Shown here: positions 7,973 to 16,318 of the stretch, piece by piece
How the letters are laid out: each line of letters begins with the position of its first letter
Position numbering within the stretch: the stretch's first letter is position 1
Assembly (NCBI GenBank): GCA_049276515.1
Contig: JBASWO010000070.1
Coordinates: 1-32,000, forward strand
Reading direction: 5' to 3'
DNA: 32,000 bases
Source: Alphaproteobacteria bacterium
GTDB lineage: Bacteria > Pseudomonadota > Alphaproteobacteria > UBA9219
Program-made: the position numbers and the translations under genes
Notes under the pieces: generated by a model
Told to the model about the DNA's origin: nothing
Seen by the model: only the letters and a program-made list of their open reading frames with translations
Databases searched by the model: none

Positions 7973-8461
7973 ATGAAAAAACTTTTCTTTGCCCTTTTAT
8001 TGATCAGCCTCTTAGCGGGCTCATCCAGCGCTTATGCAAAGCGCCTTTATGCTGATGCGAGTAAACCTAAAGACCCCGTGAGTGGTTTTTGGTACACGCA
8101 GGATCATGATGGTGTCATTCAGCTCTATCGCTGCGATGGCAAAATATGTGGTCGCTTTTATTGGCTGAAATCCTCGTCTCATGAAAATGTATCGTTGGAT
8201 ATCAACAATCCTGATCCTGACAAAAAAAGCAGGGGGCTTTGTAAGCTACAATTCATGGGTGATTTTGAGGCTGATGGCCTAGGGCATTACAGTGATGGCT
8301 GGATTTATAGTCCGCGCCATGGTCAGACCTTTAGCGCTGAGATGACGCTCCTTGATAAAAATACATTAAGTCTACGCGGCTATGTCCTCACACCGCTTCT
8401 TGGTGAAGAACAAATTTGGAAACGCACGACAAAAACACCTTCGTGTAAGGAGAATTCATGA
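7973..8461 (+). CDS. DUF2147-family periplasmic protein
   Basis: The signal peptide is MKKLFFALLLISLLAGSSSAYA. Family motifs are GFWYT.D..GVIQLYRC.GKICGR..WL, NNPDPDKKSR.L, GWIYSPRHGQTFSAEMTL and LSLRGYV. Confidence 0.75.
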   Translation: MKKLFFALLLISLLAGSSSAYAKRLYADASKPKDPVSGFWYTQDHDGVIQLYRCDGKICGRFYWLKSSSHENVSLDINNPDPDKKSRGLCKLQFMGDFEADGLGHYSDGWIYSPRHGQTFSAEMTLLDKNTLSLRGYVLTPLLGEEQIWKRTTKTPSCKENS

Positions 8462-9480
8462 ACGAAGTCTTGCTGCTGACGGGATTGGTTATCATCGCAG
8501 CTTTGGCTTTTGATTTTGTGAATGGTTTTCATGACGCCGCGAATTCTATCGCAACCATTGTGGCGACAGGTGTCTTGAAGCCAACGCATGCGGTTATGTG
8601 GGCTGCGTTTTTCAATTTCATTGCTCTGTTCTTTTTCGGCACTGGCGTCGCCAAGACCGTCGGCAGCGGCATGATCAATTTGGATATGGTGACGCCCGTA
8701 GTTATTTTGGCTGGCCTTATTGGTGCTGTGACGTGGGGATTGATCACGTGGTGGTTAGGAATACCAACCAGCTCATCCCACGCTTTGATCGGTGGTTATG
8801 CGGGTGCAGCTATGTTCAATAGCGCCATCAAAAACGGTATCGATGCCACCTATGATCCCATCATTGTTGCTGGTTGGACAAAGGTTCTTCTTTTTATCGT
8901 GATTGCTCCGATGATGGGGCTTGCGCTGGCATCCTTGCTGATGAAGCTCACTCTTTTTATGAAAAAACGCTATTCTAAAGCAGGTAGCGACAAGCTATTC
9001 GGTCGGTTGCAGCTTTTCTCATCGGCTTTCCTTAGTCTTATGCATGGTAGCAATGATGCACAGAAAACAGCCGGCATTATTGCAGGTGTCTTAGTTACAG
9101 CCGGATATTTTGAGACTTTTACTCTGCCCTACTGGGTCTTATTTGTATCCTACGCCACTATGGGCTTAGGCACTTTGGCGGGTGGTTGGCGTATTGTGAA
9201 AACCATGGGGCGTGATTTAACGCGCTTTAAGCCAAGTGGTGGATTTGCTGCCGAGACATCTGCGGCCCTTTCTATTTTGTTTGCCACAACATTACATATG
9301 CCCGTATCGACAACACATGCGACCACGGGTGCGATTTTAGGAGCAGGGGCTGCACGTAACTTCAGGGCCGTGCGCTGGGGACTGGCTGGCAACATTTTAT
9401 GGGCGTGGGTCTTTACGATCCCAGGCGCTGCTGCGATTGGTGCTATTGCTATGGGTATAGGCATTATGTGCGGCGAATAA
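8458..9480 (+). CDS. Inorganic phosphate transporter, PiT family
   Basis: The PiT signature FDFVNGFHDAANSIAT is near the N terminus, and the repeated half-motif MHGSNDAQKTAG is also present. The protein is polytopic and 340 aa. Its start overlaps the upstream stop (ATGA). Confidence 0.9.
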   Translation: MNEVLLLTGLVIIAALAFDFVNGFHDAANSIATIVATGVLKPTHAVMWAAFFNFIALFFFGTGVAKTVGSGMINLDMVTPVVILAGLIGAVTWGLITWWLGIPTSSSHALIGGYAGAAMFNSAIKNGIDATYDPIIVAGWTKVLLFIVIAPMMGLALASLLMKLTLFMKKRYSKAGSDKLFGRLQLFSSAFLSLMHGSNDAQKTAGIIAGVLVTAGYFETFTLPYWVLFVSYATMGLGTLAGGWRIVKTMGRDLTRFKPSGGFAAETSAALSILFATTLHMPVSTTHATTGAILGAGAARNFRAVRWGLAGNILWAWVFTIPGAAAIGAIAMGIGIMCGE

Positions 9481-9536
9481 GCTAAATTCGCGTTTTGACG
9501 AATTTGAAACTATGTTATGAGACCAATACTGAGAGC

Positions 9537-9610
9537 GCGGGTGTAGCTTAGTGGTAAAGCTCCAGCCTTCCAAGCTGGCTATGAGGGTTCGATTCCCTTC
9601 ACCCGCTCCA
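9537..9610 (+). tRNA. tRNA-Gly (anticodon UCC)
   Basis: I folded a 74-nt cloverleaf by hand. The acceptor is GCGGGTG/CACCCGC, the anticodon stem is CCAGC/GCTGG with loop CTTCCAA, the T arm is GAGGG-TTCGATT-CCCTT, and CCA is encoded. Confidence 0.9.
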
Positions 9611-9624
9611 GTCTCCCATTCTAC

Positions 9625-10446
9625 TTAAGCGTGATAAGCCATTTTCAAGCGGTGTTGTACAAACGTCGATTGTGTTGGCTTGTCTACCTGATGTGCACAA
9701 TGGCGCGTGTGCCTTTTAAAAATTTGTGCAAACTCTTTTTCAGAGCCCATATGAGCAAAGAGGCCAACTTTTCCTAGTGGAAAATCGGTTATAATTTGTT
9801 TGCTACGGAGAGCTCGTTGAGCCCCTGAAAAACCATTTTCAGCAAAGGCAATTTGCATTTGTGTAACAAGATCAGCTTTTGCATCAGCTGTAGCTTCAAT
9901 AACGCCTAAGGGCAGGGCTGTGCAGCGTGCCATAAGGGAATAATCATCTGGGTAATCACTTGGGTCACCATGCAAAATGTAAGTTGCACCTAGAAAACGC
10001 TCGCTATGAAAGAGTCCATTTTGTAATTCTGTTGTAAGGGGTTTGGCACCAAGAAGAATTCTATCAATTTCTGCAAAATCGGCATGCATGCGCACATGCG
10101 TTTCTTCAAGATCTTTGTCGACATAAATGGAAGAGCCCGTCTTGCCCTTAAATAATCTTTTGGCATTCTGGTCACCACGGTCATTTTGGGGGTGTCTTTG
10201 AAATGTAGCAATTGTCTCATCTTTAAAATCAGCAACAATGAGGGGAAGCACCTGACGTAATTGACCATTGCGCGTCCCATGCTCAAGAGCTTGCCAAGCG
10301 GCATCTGGCAGCCTGACACGGTCCATGGTCTCAAGCTTGAGATCATCCCATTCTTCGCGGTGCGAAAGATTGGAGTGGGTACAAAAATCTCTATGAAAAA
10401 AGGCGCGCATAAATGATGAACTATAAATCCATTGAATATAAGCCAC
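9625..10446 (-). CDS. Hypothetical protein (orphan, up to 273 aa); start uncertain
   Basis: This is a long ORF ending 14 nt from the tRNA-Gly 3' end. The GTG at 10446 and the internal Met codons all lack a visible Shine-Dalgarno sequence. I recognise no motif. Confidence 0.45.
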   Translation of the reverse strand: MAYIQWIYSSSFMRAFFHRDFCTHSNLSHREEWDDLKLETMDRVRLPDAAWQALEHGTRNGQLRQVLPLIVADFKDETIATFQRHPQNDRGDQNAKRLFKGKTGSSIYVDKDLEETHVRMHADFAEIDRILLGAKPLTTELQNGLFHSERFLGATYILHGDPSDYPDDYSLMARCTALPLGVIEATADAKADLVTQMQIAFAENGFSGAQRALRSKQIITDFPLGKVGLFAHMGSEKEFAQIFKRHTRHCAHQVDKPTQSTFVQHRLKMAYHA

Positions 10447-10728
10447 TCTATCAAAGCTAAGGGTGTTGCAGGAAGTGCTTTGTGACCAACATGGTTAGCG
10501 ACGTTAGCTATGCCCATCTCGGCATTTAACTAACGGGCATCCAACGCTTATTTGTTGTGTGTTGAGATTAAGCATTTGATCTTATTGGGCCCTCTGAAGT
10601 CCCCTTTTTCTATTGGCAAAAGAGGGGCTTTAGGTTACAAAAGCTCATTCCCTACAAATTGAAAAGTCAGTCCGAGCGCGATCCGCCGGACGACGCAACG
10701 TGGGCGAAAGAAGGTAAGTAAGGGCTTT

Positions 10729-10804
10729 AGGAGTGTAGCTCAATTGGTAGAGCGTCGGTCTCCAAAACCGAAGGCTGCGGGTTCGAGCCCCTCCACTCCT
10801 GCCA
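10729..10804 (+). tRNA. tRNA-Trp (anticodon CCA)
   Basis: The cloverleaf is 76 nt. The acceptor is AGGAGTG/CACTCCT, the anticodon stem is TCGGT/ACCGA with loop CTCCAAA, the T loop is TTCGAGC, and CCA is encoded. There is one C-U mismatch in the T stem (GCGGG/CCCTC). It sits in the canonical position upstream of secE-nusG. Confidence 0.9.
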
Positions 10805-10844
10805 GCCCTGATGATGAATGATGTGAGGATGAAGGAGTACGCCG

Positions 10845-11063
10845 GTGAGTACAGAAGATAAAACAAAGGGCGGCTTTAACCCCGTTGAATTCGTGCAAGA
10901 GACAAATCGCGAAATCAAAAAGGTTACATGGCCAACCCGCAAGGAAACCGTGATGACGACTGTCATGATCGTTGTTATGGCACTCATCACAGGTGTGTTT
11001 TTCTTGGCTATAGACTCGGCGCTTGGTTTTGCCATCAGCCGCATCCTTGGCATGAAGTCGTAA
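10845..11063 (+). CDS. secE: Preprotein translocase subunit SecE
   Basis: The GTG start has GAAGGAG 7 nt upstream. The motif FVQETNREIKKVTWPTRKET is followed by a single TM helix, as in short-form SecE. Synteny with tRNA-Trp and nusG supports the call. Confidence 0.9.
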   Translation: MSTEDKTKGGFNPVEFVQETNREIKKVTWPTRKETVMTTVMIVVMALITGVFFLAIDSALGFAISRILGMKS

Positions 11064-11086
11064 GAGAAAGTTGAAAGGAATTTACT

Positions 11087-11617
11087 ATGTCGCATCGCTG
11101 GTATGTCATTCACGTTTATTCAGGCTTCGAGAAGAAAGTCGCTCAGTCTGTTCGTGAAACCGCTCTCAAAAAGGGCTTGGAAGATTTTTTCTCAGAAATT
11201 CTGGTTCCGACCGAAGAAGTGGTCGAAGTTCGTCGTGGCGCTAAGGTCAATGCTGAGCGCAAGTTTTTCCCAGGCTATGTTCTGATCAAAATGGATCTGA
11301 CCGACGAAAGCTGGCATCTCGTCAAAAATACGCCAAAGGTTACCGGCTTTTTAGGTGGTGGTGGTAAACCTGCGCCGATTTCTGAAGCTGAAGCCCAACG
11401 CATCCTCAATCAGGTTCTTGAAGGTGTTGAGCATCCAAAACCATCGGTCACATTCGAAGTGGGCGAACAGGTTCGTGTTGCCGACGGTCCTTTCGCTTCC
11501 TTCAATGGTACGGTGGAAGAAGTCGACGAAGCCAAGGCTCGCCTCAAAGTGGCAGTCTCGATCTTCGGTCGCGCGACACCGGTCGAATTGGAATACAGCC
11601 AGGTTGAGAAGGTTTAA
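11087..11617 (+). CDS. nusG: Transcription termination/antitermination factor NusG
   Basis: [14 protein letters not shown] marks the NGN domain, FPGYVLIKM is present, and the C-terminal KOW is [22 protein letters not shown]. Confidence 0.95.
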   Translation: MSHRWYVIHVYSGFEKKVAQSVRETALKKGLEDFFSEILVPTEEVVEVRRGAKVNAERKFFPGYVLIKMDLTDESWHLVKNTPKVTGFLGGGGKPAPISEAEAQRILNQVLEGVEHPKPSVTFEVGEQVRVADGPFASFNGTVEEVDEAKARLKVAVSIFGRATPVELEYSQVEKV

Positions 11618-11719
11618 TCAGCTTTACGTTGTTAACCGATTCTTGCTGCATTGCACGATAAGTGAATTGCCGTAAGAGCGATTGTGCAACATGCTTACTC
11701 CTTATTGTTTGAGGAGTGA

Positions 11720-11926
11720 ATGATGGCCATAACAGCTCAGCGCACAGCAATCACTGTTGCTTTAGCTCTAGCGGCAGCGGCCCTCGCTGTTACCCAGCGC
11801 GAGAAACTCGTATCGTTTGTGTCAGCGAGAGGTGAAACCACACAACCTCTCGACGTTAATCGTATGATTATACGCGAAGCCTTTTGCAGAAATCCGTCCG
11901 CACCAACATCACCGATTTGTAATTAG
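11720..11926 (+). CDS. Possible small exported protein (68 aa)
   Basis: GAGGAG lies 3-6 nt before the tandem ATG ATG. The N terminus MMAITAQRTAITVALALAAAALAV looks like a signal peptide. The ORF overlaps the stop of the convergent TPR gene by 4 nt. No homology is recognised. Confidence 0.3.
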   Translation: MMAITAQRTAITVALALAAAALAVTQREKLVSFVSARGETTQPLDVNRMIIREAFCRNPSAPTSPICN

Positions 11927-13440
11927 CCAAGTCGCGTTATCAATTCTTGGATAACACTGTTCCATTCGCCGTAACGCGGTTGACGCAAAAGCGTCATATT
12001 TTTGTACCATGGCGTGATGATGTTGTGGGTTCCCCAACGCCAATCAGGACAATAGGGGAGAAGCAAGAATGTTTTGACGCCCATAGCACCCGCTAAATGC
12101 GCAATGGCTGTATCAACCGTTACGATACATTCAAATTGCTTTAAGAGAGACGCTGTATCCGCAAAATCTTCAATTTGCCCAGCAAGAGATAAAACAGGCG
12201 TGTCATTTTTAATTTCTTCAATCCCAGCGCCTATGAAAGGCGCATAAAACTGCATGGTGCTCATGCGCAGAAGAGGTTGGAACTCTTGTAGCGGAATTGA
12301 GCGCTCGTGATCGCGCTCATGTGTCGGTGACCCGGACCACACCAAACCAATTTTGCGAAGACCTGGCTTTTCTTTAGGTAATTCTGTTGTCGCCGAAGTT
12401 ACAATATAGGGAGATCCTGAAACATCAGGTGGCATTTTATTGGTAACACGTGGCAAAGAGAGAAGGGGGATATAGAAATCTGCAGGTGGCAGCTCATCCC
12501 CTTCAACCATAATGGTGCCAGGCACATTGCCCTGTAAAACCCATTGCAAAGGCTTTTGCACAACCCAGGTCAGCTGAGCACCGGCTTCTTGCAAATAGGT
12601 CCCATAACGGCAGAACATAAGTGTATCGCCATAGCCTTGCTCAGCAATAAGTAAAATCTTTTTACCATCGAAAGAACCGCCGCTATAAAGCGGGCAATTG
12701 GGCTTAAACCGTAAAGCTCCAGGCACGCTGAGACGTGCTTCATAAAGCTCAAAACCTTTTTGATAATCCCCTGTCAGGAGACGTGCCATACCTTCATCAC
12801 GGCGAATGATGGCATCATCACTTAAAGAGCGCGCTTTGGCAAAAAGGGGCCAAGCACTATCGAATTTTAATTGATCAACATAACAATTCGCGAGATTGGC
12901 ATTGATCTGAGGGTTGTTGGCCTCTAGCCGTAGAGCTTCACTAAAAGTTTTTTCAGCAGCGTCATACTTACCTTGCTTGTTGAGAGCAAGACCAAGGCTG
13001 TTGAGCGCTTGTGCATGCGGTGCACCCAGCTCATAGGCGCGGTGTGCCATTTTTTCAGCTTCGGTAAAGCGCCCCAATTTTCGGTAAACATTGGAGAGAT
13101 TGCCGCAGGCATCGGCTTGCTCGGGTTTGAGAGCAAGGCTGTGTTCAAGACTTTCGGCGGCTTCATCAATATCGCCAAGATTTTCTTGGGCGACACCAAG
13201 ATTTTGCCAGATCTGCGGTTGGTGCGGGAAAAGGATCGAGGCTTCTGAAAAAGTATTTTCGGCAGCTTCCCACTCTAAGAGAGCTAATTCCGAAAGGCCT
13301 TTAATCATGTAATGTTGGAACTCCATTTCATGATCGACAGCGAAGGAATTAATGGCCGAGCGTGCCGCCGCAAAATCTTTTTGCCGTAAAGCATTGAGGG
13401 CAAGGGCTATGTAATCTTCGGTCATTTCAGGGCCACTCAA
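11923..13440 (-). CDS. TPR-repeat protein with a C-terminal glycosyltransferase family 9 (heptosyltransferase-like) domain
   Basis: The N-terminal half carries multiple 34-aa TPR units (for example AWQNLGVAQENLGDIDEAAESLEHSLALKP). The C-terminal half has ILLIAEQGYGDTLMFCRY and VTVDTAIAHLAGAMGVKTFLLLPYCPDWRW, typical of TPR-GT9 fusions. The start is TTG at 13440 or ATG at 13425. Confidence 0.7.
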   Translation of the reverse strand: MSGPEMTEDYIALALNALRQKDFAAARSAINSFAVDHEMEFQHYMIKGLSELALLEWEAAENTFSEASILFPHQPQIWQNLGVAQENLGDIDEAAESLEHSLALKPEQADACGNLSNVYRKLGRFTEAEKMAHRAYELGAPHAQALNSLGLALNKQGKYDAAEKTFSEALRLEANNPQINANLANCYVDQLKFDSAWPLFAKARSLSDDAIIRRDEGMARLLTGDYQKGFELYEARLSVPGALRFKPNCPLYSGGSFDGKKILLIAEQGYGDTLMFCRYGTYLQEAGAQLTWVVQKPLQWVLQGNVPGTIMVEGDELPPADFYIPLLSLPRVTNKMPPDVSGSPYIVTSATTELPKEKPGLRKIGLVWSGSPTHERDHERSIPLQEFQPLLRMSTMQFYAPFIGAGIEEIKNDTPVLSLAGQIEDFADTASLLKQFECIVTVDTAIAHLAGAMGVKTFLLLPYCPDWRWGTHNIITPWYKNMTLLRQPRYGEWNSVIQELITRLG

Positions 13441-13811
13441 GGGGGATTGGTATGGCAGAGCAAGGGACTGGAGGATTGTCTTAAAACAGAAACAGAATAG
13501 GAGAGGTTAACAGCCAGAAATATATCAAAAATCAAAGTGATAGGGAACTCCTTACCCCTTAAAATTACCAGAAAAGGCTAGACTTTTGGGTTTTTTGTGA
13601 CTACAAAACGCCCCATGACGCAGGTGTGGAAGGTCCCCCTCGAAGATGGCCTGAGGAAACCGTACCACGCCAATGCACCTCAAAAAGGTGCATCATAAGG
13701 GGCAAAAATTTTCCCTGTCATAGATGAAACCGACTGAAGACGTGCTTTGGCGCGGCTTGAGTCATTTGTATATGCGCGGCTTAAGCCTCGCAATGAGAGG
13801 AGTAGAAGACA

Positions 13812-14240
13812 ATGGCAAAAGAAATTATCGGCCTTATCAAGTTGCAGGTACCAGCAGGTGCTGCCAATCCGTCACCGCCAATCGGTCCGGCTTTGGGTCA
13901 ACGCGGCCTCAACATTATGGATTTCTGCAAGCAGTTTAATGCAAAAACGCAGAGCATGGAAAAGAACACGCCTATTCCAGTCGTGATCACAGCCTATTCG
14001 GATCGTAGCTTCACTTTCATTACGAAGATGCCACCGAACAGCTTCTTCATCCAAAAAGCGGCCAAGATTCAAAAGGGTGCAAAGACAACAGGTACAGAAA
14101 CTGTTGGCAGCATCACCATGGATCAGGTTCGCGAAATTGCGAAACAGAAGATGCAAGATTTGAACGCTAACGATCTCGAAGCTGCCTGCAGCATGATCAT
14201 CGGCTCAGCACGCTCAATGGGCGTGCAGGTGAAAGGATAA
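13812..14240 (+). CDS. rplK: 50S ribosomal protein L11
   Basis: [43 protein letters not shown] is a canonical L11 N terminus. GAGGAG lies upstream. Confidence 0.97.
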   Translation: MAKEIIGLIKLQVPAGAANPSPPIGPALGQRGLNIMDFCKQFNAKTQSMEKNTPIPVVITAYSDRSFTFITKMPPNSFFIQKAAKIQKGAKTTGTETVGSITMDQVREIAKQKMQDLNANDLEAACSMIIGSARSMGVQVKG

Positions 14241-14244
14241 TCAC

Positions 14245-14952
14245 ATGACACACGGTAAAAAGTTCCGCAAAGTCCTGGCCAATGTTGATCGCAAGAAAAC
14301 CTATGCGCTCACAGATGCTGTTAAGTTGGTGAAGCAAAATGCCAAAGATGCACAGCGTAAGTTCGATGAAAGCATCGAAGTTGCGGTGAACCTTAACATC
14401 GATACCAAGCAATCAGATCAAACGGTTCGCGCGATGATCCAGCTGCCGCACGGCACAGGTAAGAGCATGCGTGTTATCGTTTTCGCAAAAGGCGAAAAAG
14501 CCGATGAAGCGAAAAAGGCTGGTGCTGATGCAGTTGGTGGTGATGATCTCGCTGATAAGGTCAATGGCGGTTGGTCAGAGTTCGACCGCGTTGTTGCCTC
14601 ACCTGACATGATGGGTGTTGTTGGTAAGCTGGGTAAAGTCTTAGGTCCTCGCGGCCTGATGCCAAATCCAAAGCTTGGCACAGTGACGCCGAATGTTGGC
14701 GAAGCTGTTAAGGCTGCGAAAGCTGGTTCGATCGAATTCCGCGCTGAAAAGGCCGGTATCGTTCAAGCTGGTATTGGTAAAGCAAGCTTTTCTGATGACA
14801 AGATCCTTGAAAACGCTAAGGCGTTTATTGGAGCTGTTACGAAGGCTCGCCCACCAGGCGTTAAAGGCACCTATATCGAACGCATCACATTGTCATCGAC
14901 AATGGGTCCGGGCGTGAAGGTTGATTTAGCTTCACTGGTTGAAAGCGCTTAA
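14245..14952 (+). CDS. rplA: 50S ribosomal protein L1
   Basis: [34 protein letters not shown] and [15 protein letters not shown] are canonical L1 motifs. The gene starts 4 nt after rplK. Confidence 0.97.
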   Translation: MTHGKKFRKVLANVDRKKTYALTDAVKLVKQNAKDAQRKFDESIEVAVNLNIDTKQSDQTVRAMIQLPHGTGKSMRVIVFAKGEKADEAKKAGADAVGGDDLADKVNGGWSEFDRVVASPDMMGVVGKLGKVLGPRGLMPNPKLGTVTPNVGEAVKAAKAGSIEFRAEKAGIVQAGIGKASFSDDKILENAKAFIGAVTKARPPGVKGTYIERITLSSTMGPGVKVDLASLVESA

Positions 14953-15220
14953 AAGCCTAAGAAATAACGGTATTTTGTATTTGCCTTTGTAGCCCTTCAG
15001 GGTTACAAAGGCGCCGTTCCACTGAATAAGTGGGACAACCTGTCCGAGACTGCGGGTACCCTACTTAAAGGGTTTAAAGTTGCCAGCAATAGATAGGATC
15101 GAAATTGATCAAGACGCTACGGCTAAGCCCGCGCGTTTCATTTCGCTCTTTTTCTCTCGGATAAAACGGAATTGAAGACAGGCCCAGTTATCTGGGCATA
15201 ACGTTTGTTTGGAGAGAAAT
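14953..15220 (+). promoter_or_regulatory. rplA-rplJ spacer: probable L10 operon promoter/leader with structured RNA elements
   Basis: The 268-nt untranslated spacer sits where the autoregulatory L10(L12)4 leader lies in other bacteria. It has a 13-bp hairpin at 14983-15012 (GCCTTTGTAGCCC-ttca-GGGTTACAAAGGC, one G-U pair) with no U tail. A second hairpin, GCCCAG-ttat-CTGGGC at 15182-15197, lies just before the SD. I have not matched it to the Rfam model. Confidence 0.5.
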
Positions 15221-15772
15221 ATGACTGCTGCTGCAAAAGCTATCGTCGAAAACAACAGCGCCAATCGTGGCGTGAAAGAAAAGCTCGTCACAGCTTTGGG
15301 TGAAGAACTCAAAGATGTTGAATTGGTTGTTGTCACCCAACAGCTCGGCCTCAATGCTGACGAGACCCGTAATCTGCGCGTTCAACTCCGCAAGGAAAAT
15401 GTCGGCCTCAAGGTTGGCAAGAACACGCTCATCAAGCACGCCATCAAAGGCACCAAGCTTGCTGCTCTCGAAAAATTCCTTCATGGCCCAACAGTCTTGG
15501 CTTACTCCAAAGATCCTGTTGCTGCTGCGAAGACCACTGTCGAATTCGCTAAGAAGAACGACAGATTCAAGATTGTCGGCGCCGCTATGGGCGATCAGGT
15601 ATTGGATGAAGCGCAAGTTAAAGCGCTCGCCACACTGCCATCGCTCGATCAGCTGCGCGGCAAGATCATCGGCCTCATCCTGGCACCAGCCACGAAGATC
15701 GCCGGCGTTCTGCAGGCACCGGCTGGCCAGCTGGCGCGTGTCCTATCGGCTCGCTCGAAACAGCAGGCCTAA
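15221..15772 (+). CDS. rplJ: 50S ribosomal protein L10
   Basis: I preferred ATG 15221, which has GGAGAG 4 nt upstream, over the track's TTG 15209. VELVVVTQQLGLNADETRNLRVQLRKENVGLKVGKNTL matches the L10 core. Confidence 0.93.
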   Translation: MTAAAKAIVENNSANRGVKEKLVTALGEELKDVELVVVTQQLGLNADETRNLRVQLRKENVGLKVGKNTLIKHAIKGTKLAALEKFLHGPTVLAYSKDPVAAAKTTVEFAKKNDRFKIVGAAMGDQVLDEAQVKALATLPSLDQLRGKIIGLILAPATKIAGVLQAPAGQLARVLSARSKQQA

Positions 15773-15810
15773 GTTTTTAACAAACAGTAAGTTCAACAAA
15801 GGAGAGTACA

Positions 15811-16188
15811 ATGTCGAAGTTAGAAAAATTGGTTGATGATCTTTCAGCTCTGTCGGTTCTTGAAGCCGCTGAACTGTCAAAGTTGCTCGAAGACAAGTGG
15901 GGCGTTAGCGCTGCTGCTCCTGTTGCTGTTGCTGCCGCTGCTGGCGGTGGTGCTGCAGCCCCAGCTGGCGAAGAAAAGACGGAATTCACCGTTGTTCTCG
16001 CTAAGTCTGGTGACAAGAAGATCGAAGTTATTAAAGAAGTTCGCGCGATCACAGGTCTTGGCCTCAAAGAAGCCAAGGATCTCGTTGAAGGCGCTCCAAA
16101 GACCCTCAAGGACGGCGTATCAAAGGCCGATGCTGAGAAGTTCAAGAAGCAGCTTGAAGCCGCCGGCGCTGCCGTCGAAATCAAGTAA
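15811..16188 (+). CDS. rplL: 50S ribosomal protein L7/L12
   Basis: The N-terminal dimerisation helix, the Ala-rich hinge and the C-terminal [49 protein letters not shown] are all present. Confidence 0.97.
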   Translation: MSKLEKLVDDLSALSVLEAAELSKLLEDKWGVSAAAPVAVAAAAGGGAAAPAGEEKTEFTVVLAKSGDKKIEVIKEVRAITGLGLKEAKDLVEGAPKTLKDGVSKADAEKFKKQLEAAGAAVEIK

Positions 16189-16210
16189 GCTTTTTAAGAT
16201 AAGAATAGGA

Positions 16211-16239
16211 AAGGCGGGGTTTAAACCCCGCCTTTTTTA
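16211..16239 (+). terminator. Strong rho-independent terminator after rplL
   Basis: GGCGGGG-tttaaa-CCCCGCC is followed by TTTTTTAT, about 25 nt after the rplL stop. Confidence 0.9.
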
Positions 16240-16318
16240 TTGTCGTTAACCATAGTCAGGTCTTGTCGCTACCAAAAGCACTGTTTACCATCTCAAGCTT
16301 CAAAAGCCGGAGCATTTT

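Noticed and set aside
9990-10517. 175-aa minus-strand ORF overlapping the 9625-10446 orphan in another frame
   Set aside because: The translation looks non-protein-like (Cys/Phe/Met-rich, no periodicity) and extends into the non-coding spacer. I kept it only as a hint that the locus may be decaying.
10601-10627. Hairpin CCCCTTTTT-(8 nt)-AAAAGAGGGG upstream of tRNA-Trp, as a possible orphan terminator or sRNA 3' end
   Set aside because: The stem needs a wobble pair and the U tail on the plus strand is only CTTT. No upstream plus-strand gene or promoter is identifiable, so the evidence is too weak to call.
10645-11113. Minus-strand ORFs 10645-10866 and 10727-11113
   Set aside because: They run through the tRNA-Trp gene and antisense through secE. 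Both of those are well supported by structure and synteny.
13724-13986. ORFs 13724-13939 and 13747-13986 in the rplK leader or start region
   Set aside because: They overlap the rplK start in other frames and lack an SD. The region is better explained as an untranslated leader.
15188-16249. Four long alternative-frame or antisense ORFs over rplJ and rplL (15188-15616 minus, 15300-15836 plus, 15777-16184 minus, 15833-16249 plus)
   Set aside because: They lie entirely within the confidently identified L10 and L7/L12 genes. Their translations are low-complexity (Ser/Arg/Leu/Ala-rich), as expected for shadow frames of biased ribosomal-protein codons.
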